62,943 bases of DNA, filler included, from Circinaria calcarea (GCA_051942165.1; 56 parts of 56 records of this genome joined end to end with filler, not necessarily neighbours in it); one strand, 5' to 3'. Shown: positions 35,950 to 49,630, counted from the first letter of the whole stretch. The notes: a model not told the origin generated them from the sequence alone. Numbers and translations: made by a program.

Positions 35950-38163
35950 TAAATGGAGCTGGAGAGCCAAGAGAGTGGGAAGAAGAAGAATTGGGTGAGC
36001 CGGACAGAGAATTTCTGTGAAGAGTTATCCCGGAAAGCATGTGGGGGTATGACTTTTCTAATTATTTGTGGNNNNNNNNNNNNNNNNNNNNNNNNNNNNN
36101 NNNNNNNNNNNNNNNTTAATTAATTAANNNNNNNNNNNNNNNNNNNNNNNNNNNNNNNNNNNNNNNNNNNNTAGGGAGGGTGAGGGTAAGGGTGCTCGCG
36201 AGGGAAAGGAGGGAGGAAGGAGAGAAGGAAAGAAGACAAGGAGGACATTTTTCCATGAGCACCACCCTCGTGCATGTCAATACTGTATTGCCTGCTACGT
36301 AACGTATGGTTCTCCTAATTTCCCAATTCCTAAAGGAGGAGAAAGGGAGAGAAACGGCCGCTGGGATGCTTTAGCGCTAAAACCTTAGGAGCTGTGGACT
36401 CGTGAGGGAGTTCTCGCCTAAAGGTGGATTGGAAATAGATACGGAGGGGGGAGAAGAGCGGGGTGGAAGTAGGAAGAGAAAGGTAGGAAAAGAACAGGGG
36501 TGAATTCAGGCTTTGGAATAGGTGTCGGTACTCTTTTAAGGTCCAGTGGGAAAGTTTCCGAGGAAAGGGATAAGGAGGGAAGGCAAATGCCAATCGAGGG
36601 AAAATTGTAAAATAAAAGGAAGAAACAGTGAGTGAGGGGAAGGGGATCCCTCCCCATGGCCCATTACAGACACTGTGACTCAGTTTCGAACCAAGCTACA
36701 TATCATACACCATCATTGCCTTTCTTTCCATCCTCGTGTAGTGACCTAAGTAGCTTATCAACGAAATATCGATTATATCGGATATATCTCAAACCAACCT
36801 CCCAGCATTTGCTCTTTCGAAAGAATAGGAAAAGATATTGCAATGCTAGCTTCCTCTAACGCTGCTGCTTTATAATGGCTCGATTGGGGGGATGGAATAT
36901 GGGTTATGGTAAAGGTTACGTGAGATATTTGTGTCCGCATCAAAAAGGAGGATTTTGGCGGGCACTAATTCCGACGGATGAGCTCGTAGGGATTCACAGC
37001 TCAGGCAATACAAACAAATCGGATTCCTTTGAAAACCTTCTCGGTTTTAATCGCCACAGCTTAGCTACAAAAACGCACAGTTGTCTAAACCAAAACTAAC
37101 CTCCTACCCAAATCCACTTCTTTCCCTTTTCCTTCGTCCGAACCAAACACCGTCTCAGAGTCCAAGAACATCGACCTCAACCCTGTTTCCAGTANNNNNN
37201 NNNNNNNNNNNNNNNNNNNNNNNNNNNNNNNNNNNNNNTTAATTAATTAANNNNNNNNNNNNNNNNNNNNNNNNNNNNNNNNNNNNNNNNNNNNGCAGTG
37301 GTCAACATCGATAAGGCAGACGCGCCCGGAGGAACAAAAGGCTTGGTCAAAGGGGACTGGTTCTTCGAGGGTGATGCCGGTGTAATAGTCCCGGAGATTC
37401 TCAAGCCTGTGGTTGGCAACGTCTGACATTTCTGCACGGTATGACGGTCTGGAGGCTGTGCTAGAATGACAGTGTTACCGTCGCCTGAACCCGCTTCAGC
37501 TATAGGTATATTCGGTAAGCCGAAGGCGTACCATAAATAAGCGTGATTAGCCGAAGGCGTTGGCATAATTCCTCGTCGAACACATACTAGTCTAGAATCG
37601 GCAGCAAACTTCCTAGCAATGAACAGATTCCCAGCGGAACAGACGCATCAAGGTAGCTTGGATTCTCCTTCGGATAAATTGTCTTGGCTGCTGATCGCGT
37701 GATAGCTTTGAGAACCCTAGCCCCGTTCCTTTCGGAATAAGCTCGTGTGCCTAGGGGAACAAAAAGAACTAAATGACATAGCTTATGGTTCCGGAGTTGC
37801 GGGGCTACCCCGGATTTCATGCGGTGGGCACATTCAAGCCCATATGACATCTAGATTTTCAATTTCACAATATGTGAGTACCTTTTAGTAAAGGCCGTCT
37901 CCGTGTTTCAGCCCGGCGGCTAGAGACAGACCAGCTCTATCTTAAGCAACGCCCAAAATGCCCAATGCACCACTTTACAGAAGCTGCGTTACAATTGCAT
38001 CTCCAAAGCTAAACCTTAATAGCTAGGATCTGGGAAGAGTATAATTAAGTTATCGGGGTAAGTCGGGTTCCTATATGACGAGGAAGCCCCGATATGATCC
38101 GTGGGTGTGGAGGGATAGCGGGCAGCTGGCCTAACACATGCCAGATCATTAAAGCCGAGCACG

Positions 38164-38317
38164 ATGCCCTCCGTGCACTCCTCGAAGCCAGTTCCTCCTC
38201 GTCCTCACGCGCCGGGACCTCTTGCGAGTGATTTTGCAAGACAGCAGTTTGTCAAACAGCAGAAAAACAACTACCACTCCTCCTCTCTCAGCACCATGAG
38301 TGTCAACCAGACCAACC
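38164..38317 (+). CDS. PCK1: Phosphoenolpyruvate carboxykinase (ATP), N-terminal extension
   Basis: GPLASDFARQQFVKQQKNNYHSSSL..SVNQTN matches the Pezizomycotina acuF/PCK1 N-terminus as I recall it. Confidence 0.65.
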
Positions 38318-38540
38318 NNNNNNNNNNNNNNNNNNNNNNNNNNNNNNNNNNNNNNNNNNNNTTAATTAATTAANNNNNNNNNNNNNNNNNNNNNNNNNNN
38401 NNNNNNNNNNNNNNNNNGTGTATAGGCGCCTATCGACCAAAGCACCAAGTACATCTCTCCCATGATGAGAATGGAAGCAATGGATCTTTTTGCTCTGGTA
38501 TATCGTCAAAATGGTCAAGGTATTTCAGCAGTATCTGCTT

Positions 38541-38699
38541 GCATGAACCGGTGTTCGTCCTTTGCCTGCTCTCTTCTGTGCCCTATCCAACTACCTCGTG
38601 CTTGAGGCAGAGATAGAAGTCATAAGAGAACAGCTAGAGGCCGTTCTGAAATCATACGGTTAAAACTTGATCTGGATAATACCAGCGAAAGGATCATGC
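38541..38699 (+). promoter_or_regulatory. TPP riboswitch in the 5' UTR intron of THI4
   Basis: P1 GCATGA/TCATGC; CCGGTG; long P3; CTGAAATCATACGG; CTTGATCTGGATAATACCAGCGAAAGGA; branch CTAAC 38734 and acceptor TAG 38746-38748. Confidence 0.95.
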
Positions 38700-38737
38700 T
38701 TTCCCCTCTCCCCACCTCCCCATGACCTTCCCTCTAA

Positions 38738-39427
<690 letters not shown>

Positions 39428-39540
39428 TAGGTTATCCATNNNNNNNNNNNNNNNNNNNNNNNNNNNNNNNNNNNNNNNNNNNNTTAATTAATTAANNNNN
39501 NNNNNNNNNNNNNNNNNNNNNNNNNNNNNNNNNNNNNNNT

Positions 39541-39669
39541 GCTTCAGCGAACCAATCCACGGACGGCAACGTATCTGCTTCAGCAGAGCTGGCGCAAGAA
39601 AAAGACGCCGAAGCGGATGTAGCTCAAGATTTGGAAAAGGCTAGTATAGAGGATAAAGCCGAGGAGTAG
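39541..39669 (+). CDS. Acidic C-terminus of an unknown protein
   Basis: ASANQSTDG..AQEKDAEADVAQDLEKASIEDKAEE* from the contig edge. Confidence 0.45.
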   Translation, partial: ASANQSTDGNVSASAELAQEKDAEADVAQDLEKASIEDKAEE

Positions 39670-41783
39670 AGTGGTTGGGAATTTTATGATTTGCGTTGGA
39701 AAACCATCTAAGCATTACTTGTTTGTTTATTTGGAAGAATGGGATGGAATGGAATGGAATGGAATGGAGAAAAGTTAGCTAGAAGTTGAACAGAACCATC
39801 ACCCATGTATCGACTCTTGTGGCGGTTTGCTTTGCTTTGGCGGCATTCTTTGTGCGAGACAGCTAAAGTGGGAGGCTATAGTATTTTGCATGAAATGCAT
39901 ATCTTTTACATATTACTGGCTTGTGTGGATTCATTATTGGCTGTGGTTAGGGGGGAAGTGTGGACGGTGTAACGGCCAGGTTCGAAGTACTAACAAAGGA
40001 TTACGAATGGGCCTGGCAAGGGTTGGAAACGATATATACCCCTTTTTTTTTACTTCACTCCCACCCCTTTACTCCCACGCTCTATCTCTGCTCCCTGCTA
40101 TTTTGCTTCCTACTTCCTGCTCTTTGTTCTCTAATCTCTATTCGCACTCTCTGTTCTCTTTCCTCTCTCTCTACCTCTCCTAATCTCCCAACCTCTTTTT
40201 CTTCCAATTCCCCCCTTTCTTCCCCCTTCCCTACCTTCGCCTAGTCCACTCCCCTCAATCCCACTCTCATCCTCTCCTCCTCTCCTTCCCCCGCCCCCCA
40301 CCATCCCCCTTTATCTGTCAAGCGGTCAGGGTTTCTCATTGTTTTCCATGCTAAAGTACTGTCCTTAATATCCATATCTCCCTAGCCCGAACCTTCCGTG
40401 GAAGTCGCAGGGGGGACCCCGTGACACTATTCTCCCTACTCTCTCTCTCATTCCTCCAAAAACGAACATCCATCCAAACTCCAAGAACTCCCCCACCATA
40501 TCTTACTGACCGTTTTTTTTCTTTCTTTTTTTTTCTTTTCTCTTTTTTCTCCCCCCTCCCCNNNNNNNNNNNNNNNNNNNNNNNNNNNNNNNNNNNNNNN
40601 NNNNNTTAATTAATTAANNNNNNNNNNNNNNNNNNNNNNNNNNNNNNNNNNNNNNNNNNNNTTTTTGATTCGATGGTTATGGAGTCAATACATGACCAAA
40701 GTGTTCTATTTTGGCCCCCGGGCAATAGATAAAACCATGGATGGGTTTCCTGGGTGTAGGGGAGGAGGAGTTTAAGGTACTTGTTTTTAAGGTACTTGTA
40801 CTATCACAAGGACCCTGACCCTGGCCACGTCATGCGCAAAAGTGATTTTTTTTTAGATTCACCGTTTCACATGGGGTCCCTCTCCTCCTCTCGTCCTCTC
40901 GTCCTCTCGAGTGTACAGTAATAATAATAATAATAAAAAAAAAAAAAGGGAAAACATATACTCGATTGCCCCTCTTTTCATCCGCATCCGACATTGTGTA
41001 GCTAGCTAGCTTTTATTTCCCGGAAGGTAATCTTATTTGAGGGTAGAGAGGGGATAGAGGGATAGAAGATTTGGTCCCCCAGCGGAGCTCGGCTCGGCTT
41101 AGATTTATGGTAGAGGTGCTGTATGTATGGTAGTTTTGGGAGTTTGGAAAAAGCCATTAAATTATTTGCACTTTTATCCCCCTATACCATACCATATAGG
41201 CCTGAAATATGCAAATCTCATACCCCCCGCCCCCCAAGTTTTTTTAAAAGTAAATTGACCTTTCTATTACCCCATAGTGGAAGGGTGTGGTGGCTACCAT
41301 ATCATTAAGATTTCACTTTGCGGAAGTTGTCGCTGTTTACTATCGTAAAGACACTACTATTACTATCGCAGAGGTTATTATCGCAGAGGAGGTCACTGCC
41401 GCCAGTGACATTACGACACAGTAGTAGTATTTGTGACACAGTACTCCGTACCATACGACAGCGACACAGTGTGGGTTACAACAGCCGATATAGTTGCGAC
41501 AGCGACAGCAACAGCCACTCACTGAAAAACCGCGACTGGCAAACCGCGACTGGCAAACCGGGCAAACCGGGTATGGTACGTTAGATTAGGTTAAAGGGGG
41601 GGTTCCGAAACCCCGAGATCGGGGGCGAGAGAGACGGGCAGGAGGGGACGAGATTGGCGGGGATTTGGGACGAGGAATTTAATNNNNNNNNNNNNNNNNN
41701 NNNNNNNNNNNNNNNNNNNNNNNNNNNTTAATTAATTAANNNNNNNNNNNNNNNNNNNNNNNNNNNNNNNNNNNNNNNNNNNN

Positions 41784-42173
41784 TATTCCCTTTGTAGTCT
41801 GCCGCCTGTCGGACTCGGCCATCACCCCGAAGTCGGTACCGAAAAGTTGGTTGAGGAGGGTCGACTTTCCCGTCGACTGAGAACCAAAGACCGAGATGAG
41901 ATGGTAGTTGAAGCCAGAGTGCGCGGTATTATCGAGGGAGAGGTAGGTCGAGAGATTTGGGCTACGCAAGTCAGCGGATGCTACGGCAGGGCGGAGAACA
42001 TACTTGAACTCCTGGTCTTCATCAATAATCTGAATGCCATGGTTATACTGCTCTTGTGTGGGCTTCTCGCCGATGTTGGCGAAGTGCCCATTCATCGTCA
42101 TTATGGATGGAGCAGTTGGATGTCTGTTATTAACATTGGGCCGGTCTTTTTGAGGTGAAGACTTAGCAGACAT
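41784..42173 (-). CDS. SEY1: Atlastin-like ER fusion GTPase, N-terminus (intron 41962-42003; start may be 42101)
   Basis: [42 protein letters not shown]. Confidence 0.95.
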
Positions 42174-42339
42174 AACTAGTGATGCAAGGGTTGGACTTGT
42201 TGGATCGGGTCAGTTGTACCAAGCAGTCGATAAAGGCGCGTGACGAAAAGCGTGGTTGTCTGTGGCTTGAATAATTTCCCGGCGCTCAGAAATTAAGTGG
42301 GGGATTAGCCCCCGAATGGAACAAAAGGGGAGGAAACAC

Positions 42340-42692
42340 CAAATTATTAAAAGCAAAATAAACCCAATTCCTATAATATTTCCTCTATATTTCGATTGCG
42401 CCCCTGCCGCTTTCACGATTTATATAAATACGACGAATATTTATTACGCCACCGCAAAATATTATTTTAATATTTTATTATTATTATTTATTCTATTTAA
42501 TTCGAATAACGCCTAAATTTAAAGTTCGCGTTAATATTAAATATATACGCTAATAATTTTCTATTTAATAAAATTAAAATATATATAATTATAATAAATT
42601 AAAAAATAATTATTTAATTATTTTTCGAAATTTAAAATATATTAAAAAAATATTATATTAATTAAATTTAAATAAAATAAATAAATAAATTA
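42340..42692. repeat. RIP-like AT-rich relic upstream of SEY1
   Basis: AT-rich, CA/TG-depleted, CG retained. Confidence 0.7.
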
Positions 42693-42905
42693 TCAAGAAT
42701 AGGGGTTCTACACTGCGTGGAGGAACTAGTATTCGGAGCGGTTGAATTATCCACCGAACGTATATATGGCAGAGCCTTCTGCTATGTAATTCTATAATGA
42801 AGTCCNNNNNNNNNNNNNNNNNNNNNNNNNNNNNNNNNNNNNNNNNNNNTTAATTAATTAANNNNNNNNNNNNNNNNNNNNNNNNNNNNNNNNNNNNNNN
42901 NNNNN

Positions 42906-43097
42906 ACTTCTGGAGAGCTTGCAGCTTCTATTTCTGGTACGTTATGTCGTTCGGACGTCTGCGAGGCAAAATTCGAAAGTGAGAGGGCAGCGGTAAGGGA
43001 AGTCCGAACACATTGTAGATATGGTCGAAGGGATTGCGACTATAAAGTCATTTAGCAACCCTACTATACTGCAAGAATTGTCTGTTAAGCTTACCAT
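42906..43097 (-). CDS. ARC19: Arp2/3 complex subunit 4 (p20); ATG-only exon 43095-43097, exon 2 from 43039
   Basis: [40 protein letters not shown]. Confidence 0.93.
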
Positions 43098-43491
43098 GAC
43101 TGGGAGGACTTAGATCTCTGGACTACTGCCTCCGATTGGACCTAGAGTAGTAATTGTACGTTGGCTCTTTCGCCCTGGGCCGCCTTGGGTTACAAGAGTC
43201 TGAGAACCTATTGAAGACTGTGCTGCCGTCGCGGTAATGCTGTTATGAGTTACCATGTACCACTCACGCCTGGATCATGATGTGTCGAATGCCTAAGTGA
43301 ACGTTGATAACCAGCACTAGTGATCAAAGGGGCTAGTGATAAGGGGGCAGGGGTAGAAGGCCAAACCTTTGTAATGATAAATAGTTTGCATAGTTTGCAC
43401 CGTGACATCTTTAACCCATCTCGAAAATCAACGCACCCCCAGTATCTCAGTCAGACATACTTGTTTGGATTAATTCATATAGCAGATAACC

Positions 43492-43927
43492 ATGGCAGTG
43501 ATACCAGGTATGATGCATCTCTAGCATACTTACCGCAACGCGTTGCACTAACTAAAGTATGCTGATGGTGAATGTAGTGATTGTCAAGCACCAAGGCAAG
43601 CGCCACGACGTCGAGCTCGACCCGACATCGACGGGAGAGACATTCAAATATCAGTTATACTCACTCACGGGTGTTGAGCCAGATCGACAGAAGATTTTAG
43701 TGAAGGGTGGACAGCTTAAGGATGAAACAGAGCTATCGACACTGGGTGCGAAGCCAGGGCAAACATTCATGATGATGGGTACACCTGCCAGCGGAGAAGG
43801 CGCTGGTGTGTTTGAGCGGCCAAAGGAGAAGATGAGATTTGTGGAAGATATGACGGAAGCTGAGGCTGCGAAGGCAGAAGGCGCAACACCCTCCGGCTTG
43901 CAGAACTTGGGGAATACGTGTTATCTC
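43492..43927 (+). CDS. UBP6: Ubiquitin C-terminal hydrolase Ubp6/USP14, N-terminus (intron 43508-43577)
   Basis: UBL domain IVKHQGK..YSLTGVEPDRQKILVKGGQL..MMMGT, then Cys box GLQNLGNTCYL. Confidence 0.95.
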
Positions 43928-44027
43928 NNNNNNNNNNNNNNNNNNNNNNNNNNNNNNNNNNNNNNNNNNNNTTAATTAATTAANNNNNNNNNNNNNNNNN
44001 NNNNNNNNNNNNNNNNNNNNNNNNNNN

Positions 44028-45048
44028 TCCTTAAAGGATATAGCTTTTTATTCCTTTCTCTCGGCGTTATTATACTTTATAATAGGTAGTTTTTTAACCT
44101 TCTTATGTTTCGTATAATTATACGCTTTAAAGATCTCTTTTCCTTGCGCGTTTTCCAAAAAAGAATTCCATAAGTCCTGTTTAGCCTTTTTAATAATGGA
44201 AAAATAATTATTTCTCGCATTAATAAAGGCTTTATGATTTTCGGGATTTTTATTCTTTTTCCAAAAACGCCTTTTCTGAGCGAGAGCATTTCTTTCATGA
44301 TTTATACTCTCGTTCCACCATGGCTTTAAATGAAAGGAAAATTTCTTTCTCGGGATCGATTCCTCCGCGGTATTCTGAATCAATAATTATAATTTTTATG
44401 CTGCTTGTTTTAATTTTTCGGACGTATTTAAATCTTGGAAATTATTTCTTATTAATAAAGTCTCCTTTATTAATATATCCCGAAATTTCTTCCAATCGGT
44501 TTTTTGCAAATTAAATGTATTTTGCAAAATAAGGTTATTAAATATTACCGAATCGTTTGTAAGAACTGAAAAAATAATTATTTCGTGATCAGAGCCTGTT
44601 GCTTTTTCTTCATTAACATATCAGTTGATAATTTTTGATTTAATTGCAGGCGTAACGAAAGTTAAATCAATAATTAATATATTCTCTGAATTACTGCGTT
44701 CGAAGATAGCTTTATTTATTGAATTTAATAAATCGAAATTATATTTATTTAATCACGGAATCAGTTTTTGGCATTTAATGAAATTGATAATAGTTGAATT
44801 TCATTAGTTATGATGAATATTAAAATCTCCGCTGATTATAATGTTTTTTTCTGGCTGAATAAATTAAAGACTCCGATTTATAATCCATTCTTCGTTATCA
44901 AAAAAAAAAGTTCTTCTCATTATATAAATTAATGAGATGAAAATCCTTTATTCCCGGCCCGAATATATTCAGAATAATAATATCGGGATCTGTTATTATA
45001 TCCGGTCTGGCGCAAGATTTATATATAAAGTCTTTCCTCGTATATATA
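44028..45048 (-). mobile_element. Tad1-like LINE ORF2 (AP-endonuclease region), RIP-degraded
   Basis: INLYNE, GDFNIH, GSDHEII, KPWWN, IKKAK..W..FLE motifs; in-frame stops; AT-rich. Confidence 0.85.
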
Positions 45049-45266
45049 NNNNNNNNNNNNNNNNNNNNNNNNNNNNNNNNNNNNNNNNNNNNTTAATTAA
45101 TTAANNNNNNNNNNNNNNNNNNNNNNNNNNNNNNNNNNNNNNNNNNNNTCACAGCCGGGTAAGTGGTGAATATCATCAGGGAATTTTACGCGAAAATTGG
45201 CCCACTAGGTATATTTATATGATCTTATTCACAGTCCCCAATAACTTCAAAACCCTCTCCTCGCTA

Positions 45267-46169
45267 ATGTCAAGTGAAGTCATGGACGAGCCGGACCTTC
45301 CATCTTCACCGCGTAAGAAACTCAAGATGGAGCAAGGCCACATCTCAAACAGTACCATGGGCCTTGATACTACCATTGACGCACTCGCGTTGCAGCAAGA
45401 GCATCACGAGTCACAGCTCAGCAAAGAAGCAGAGGTCGGAATCACCGAGTTTGTCAGTCCGGATTTACCAGGCTTTACTGGCATCCTTAAAAAAAGGTAG
45501 GATCTAGGGAGCGATGTTCATGTACCTATACTAACGTTTCACCTAGATACACCGATTTTCTGGTCAATGAAATACTTCCATCTGGTCAGGTAGTACATCT
45601 CGATAATCTCAAAGCACCTAAACACGGAAACAAGACGGGGCAAAGCACACAGACTGAAACGACATCTCCAGTACATGTAGAGAAACCCAGGCCTACGTCA
45701 CAAGACTATCAACCTGAATCGGCTACACAGTCCGAATCACATCCACAGTCCGAACCTATTCCACAACCCGACCCTGTTCTACAATCCGAACCTGTCTCGC
45801 ATTCTGAAGCCATTACACAATCTGAGGTTGCTCTGGAATCTGAACCTGCGCCTCAACGAGTGAACACTGAGTTACTATCTGCGCATGAGGATGTCACAGA
45901 TGCTCCAGCGAATGGAGCCTCTAAACCTTCTAAAATGCCTGCCGCGGATGCCCTCGCAAATTGGCAGTCCTATGCAAACAAACCTCAAGGATTCCAGGTA
46001 CCCGACCCTCATATCTTAGCTCATACCTTAATTGACCGATCTAGCTCACGTCCGAAAACGCGAGTCTCCTGAACTCGTTCTTCGATGCCGAAGTGGTTAA
46101 ATCCATTCTTGCTCTTTTCAATCGGGTTGTCAACAGTCCCCACCGTAAGGTCAAAGACTACGGCACAAT
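45267..46169 (+). CDS. PUS7: Pseudouridine synthase 7 (TruD family), 5' exons (introns 45497-45546 and 45998-46044)
   Basis: KEAEVGITEFVSPDLPGFTGILKKR|YTDFLVNEILPSGQVVHL. Confidence 0.92.
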
Positions 46170-46271
46170 NNNNNNNNNNNNNNNNNNNNNNNNNNNNNNN
46201 NNNNNNNNNNNNNTTAATTAATTAANNNNNNNNNNNNNNNNNNNNNNNNNNNNNNNNNNNNNNNNNNNNCA

Positions 46272-47289
46272 ATAGACCCTAAGACCATCGTTAGCAGTAG
46301 AAAGAGAGAGGATACAGCGGGGAATGCTCTAGCCTGCAAGTGGAAGTGGTATAGCATTCCTCATACTACTTTTGACGCTGAGGGAAATGAGATTGATAAA
46401 TGGGTCTTGAAACGAAGCCGAGGGAGGGAAGACCATTCTCACAGCCTTGTTAAGAATGCCCTGTTGTATAAAATCCATCAGAAGGCGCAACCTGAATACC
46501 ACCTCGCCGTCACCGCAGGGCTTGCTAATCGAGGCGCCTATCTCTCTCATCGTACCAATAAGCGAGTGTTATGGGGCCTGGGTCTAGAGCTCGACCGCAT
46601 GGCCTATTACAACCTGGCTAGAACGAGGACAATGCCGTACAACGGAGATGGCTTAAAAGCGTTGATAACGTGTCTCGAAACGGATGGATGGACCTATAGA
46701 ACTCTTTGGTCAGTACAAAAAGATGAAGAGAGTAAAGAAGTAATTGCCCAGGTCCTCGACGCAGTCTTCTTTACTTTACCTGACCTCATCACCCTCGCTC
46801 GTCGCTTTTGCCCAGATTGGATGATACAAGCCGATGGGACTTTCAATACAAACGCAATCACGATGCCTTTGATTGATATGATCGGCATTACTAATACCAA
46901 TATCACTTTCCCTTTCGGCTTCTGTTTTGTAACCTCTGAGAGCGCTAAAGCCTGGCGCTTCACCTTACATTGCGTAGAGACTGTTGTCTTTGAAGGGCTA
47001 CCGAAACCTCGAGTGGTAATAGCTGATCAAGGCCTAGGATTACGGTCTTGCTTTGATAAAGTATGGCCTGGGTCAATTTTGCAGTTTTGCGAGTGGCACG
47101 CTGCTGGTAATATCAAGAAAAGACTAGCAGAGAAGAAGTATCTCAAAGAGGATAGAAAAGAGATCATGGACCTCGTCTGGCGCTATATTTGGTCTAATAC
47201 GCCGGCTGACCTTAAAGCAAATCGCGAAGAGATGAAAACTCGAATGAGACAATCAGAATGCGAATATATTGATATAAATTGGCTGCCAA
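46272..47289 (+). mobile_element. Mutator-like (MULE) transposase, uninterrupted core
   Basis: CKW..HSH finger; QADGTFNTN, FCFVTSESA, VVIADQGLG, LQFCEWHA; no stop across the whole contig. Confidence 0.9.
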
Positions 47290-48032
47290 NNNNNNNNNNN
47301 NNNNNNNNNNNNNNNNNNNNNNNNNNNNNNNNNTTAATTAATTAANNNNNNNNNNNNNNNNNNNNNNNNNNNNNNNNNNNNNNNNNNNNCCCCCAAAGGA
47401 ACCACACCTTCCAATGACCCCTACCCATCCACGGAATACGATACGATACGAAAATGGGGGAACGGACAGAAGTTTTGAGTGTGAAAAACTTTGAATTTGT
47501 AACGAAGAGCGGGGAAAAAAACAGAAAACAGAAAAACAGAAAATCCCTTCCTCTTCCAAGAAGTTAGAGTAAGAGTAGAAAAATTTTAAAGTGGGAGAAG
47601 TTTTTGTGGTTTGTTGGTGTACATATGCCGGCCCCGCTACGGAGTACTTATTTCTACGAATCTTTAGGTAGGTAAGAGCAGGGACGGACCCCTCTCACCC
47701 TTTCTTCTCCCCCCCCTTCCTTCCTTCCCGCATCGGCTCTACAGACGACCTTTCAAGTATACTACTATGCTACCATGGACAGGTTAACGGATTTACTTTA
47801 CCTCTAAATTTGAAAGTTTTTCTGGTTTGGGGTTTTTTGATCGTTGAAACGGTTCGAGGTGCCTGAATGCCCCTCGGGGATATAACCAAGGGGGGTTTTC
47901 CCTCGAATGCCAAGGGGCTCGCGTACAGACGGACAAAAGGACCCTCCTAACTACCCATTTTCATACAGACATCCTACCCACTGGTCCATTTTTTCTTGAG
48001 AGACAGCATCTTAGGCGATCCTCTCCCACCCC

Positions 48033-48409
48033 TCACCCCTCAACCTTCCACGCCCCACTTCTCCCCCCTTCCTTCCTCACCACTCGCATCCCCTCCATCC
48101 TCAGTCCGCGATCAACCCCCTTGCACATATCCACGATCGTCAGGCCCGCGCCCGCCACCGCCGTCAACGCTTCCATCTCAACGCCCGTCTTGCCCTCGCA
48201 CTCCACCTGCGCCTCGATCCGGATGCCCCCAAAGAACCCAATAGGCTCCAGTAATGTTTTATCGAGAAACTTCAAAGGTCCGCTGGAGCTTCCTGTTGAC
48301 GCACAAGGGGATCCTTTTTCCTCCACACCAGGTATCAACTCCACCCTTACCCTCACGCTTTCCAGTCCCACCCCATTATGGCATAGCGGGATCCACTCGC
48401 TCGTCTTTT
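48033..48409 (-). CDS. moaC: Molybdenum cofactor biosynthesis protein, MoaC domain, C-terminus
   Basis: KTSEWIPLCH, GKTGVEMEAL, DMCKGVD, KEGGRSG. Confidence 0.93.
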
Positions 48410-48509
48410 NNNNNNNNNNNNNNNNNNNNNNNNNNNNNNNNNNNNNNNNNNNNTTAATTAATTAANNNNNNNNNNNNNNNNNNNNNNNNNNNNNNNNNNN
48501 NNNNNNNNN

Positions 48510-48972
48510 CCCTCGGCCCCCTCCCCCGGGTTTCACAACCTGGCATCCCATGCCCAGTCTCCGCGACCCGGAAACCGGGACGCTGGAAACGAGGGTCGAA
48601 AGTGTGCCGTATTTGTGCGGGGAGTGCTATTACGGCGGGATTGGGGATGATGGTGATGATGATGATGATGATGATGATGATGACGACGGAGGGAAGGAGG
48701 AAGGGGAAGGCGGCGTGTATGCCGAGCGGGTGCGGCAGCGCTGGAGGCGCAACGCCGAGGCGTGGTTGAGGGGACGTATTTGGGGGAGTTTGGTGGAGGG
48801 AGAGCGGGAAGTTGAAATGAGAGGGGAAGCGGACGGGGTAGAAAGAGAAATGGAGCAGGAGCCGGAAACGGGAGGGGAAGAGGAAACAGCAGCAGAGACG
48901 GAGAACGAGACGGAGACGACGGAGCAAAACGAAATCGACATGCAAGTGGAGAGGGAGATGCGGGCGGCATGA
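48510..48972 (+). CDS. Acidic C-terminus of an unknown protein with a (GAT)n poly-Asp run
   Basis: Open frame with purine-rich codons ending at TGA 48970-48972; low complexity. Confidence 0.4.
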
Positions 48973-49630
48973 CCGGGGCCGAGATACGCTCGCTGGGTGC
49001 TGCTTGATTAATGATGATGATGATGATGATGGGGTCATGTGAGAATAGAGGGAGGAAGGGAGGGAGCTGGGGTTGTGGCGTTGTGAGGGGAGATTTGTAA
49101 GGGGAGATTTGTAAAGGGAGAAACCTCGAGGGGATAGGAGGGGATAGGAGGAAAATGGATTGGTTTTTTTACGGGAAATTGGGAACTTTGGGGGAAATGC
49201 ATGACTATGACGGATGGACGTGTGTAAAGTACAAAAAAAGTGCAAAGGACAAAGGAGAGGGTTTTTCAATGCTTTATTTCCCCCCTGTGGAGATGAGAGG
49301 GTTTGAAAAAGCTACACGCGCAATTTGCAGGCAGGGGTTGATTATGAACGAGCCACTATGTATTTTCTTGATGAAAAGAATACAATCATAAATCGTGAAT
49401 GCCTTCCCCTCCTCCTCCTCACATAAACCCCGCCAAGTCCCCCATCAGCAACCGCTGATACTTCTCCACCACCTCTCTCACCCCCACCAGCACCCCTGCT
49501 GCCAACATCCTTACCCTCTCCCCTTCCTCNNNNNNNNNNNNNNNNNNNNNNNNNNNNNNNNNNNNNNNNNNNNTTAATTAATTAANNNNNNNNNNNNNNN
49601 NNNNNNNNNNNNNNNNNNNNNNNNNNNNNG

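Noticed and set aside
35695..36040. ERNGT / RSVPF repeat proteins
   Set aside because: Translations of the (GGAAC)n microsatellite
37295..37566. Short minus-strand ORFs divergent from PCK1
   Set aside because: May be a gene start, but frame and family could not be determined
48454..49269. 271-aa and poly-His/poly-Ser minus-strand ORFs
   Set aside because: Antisense to a purine-rich, (GAT)n low-complexity region
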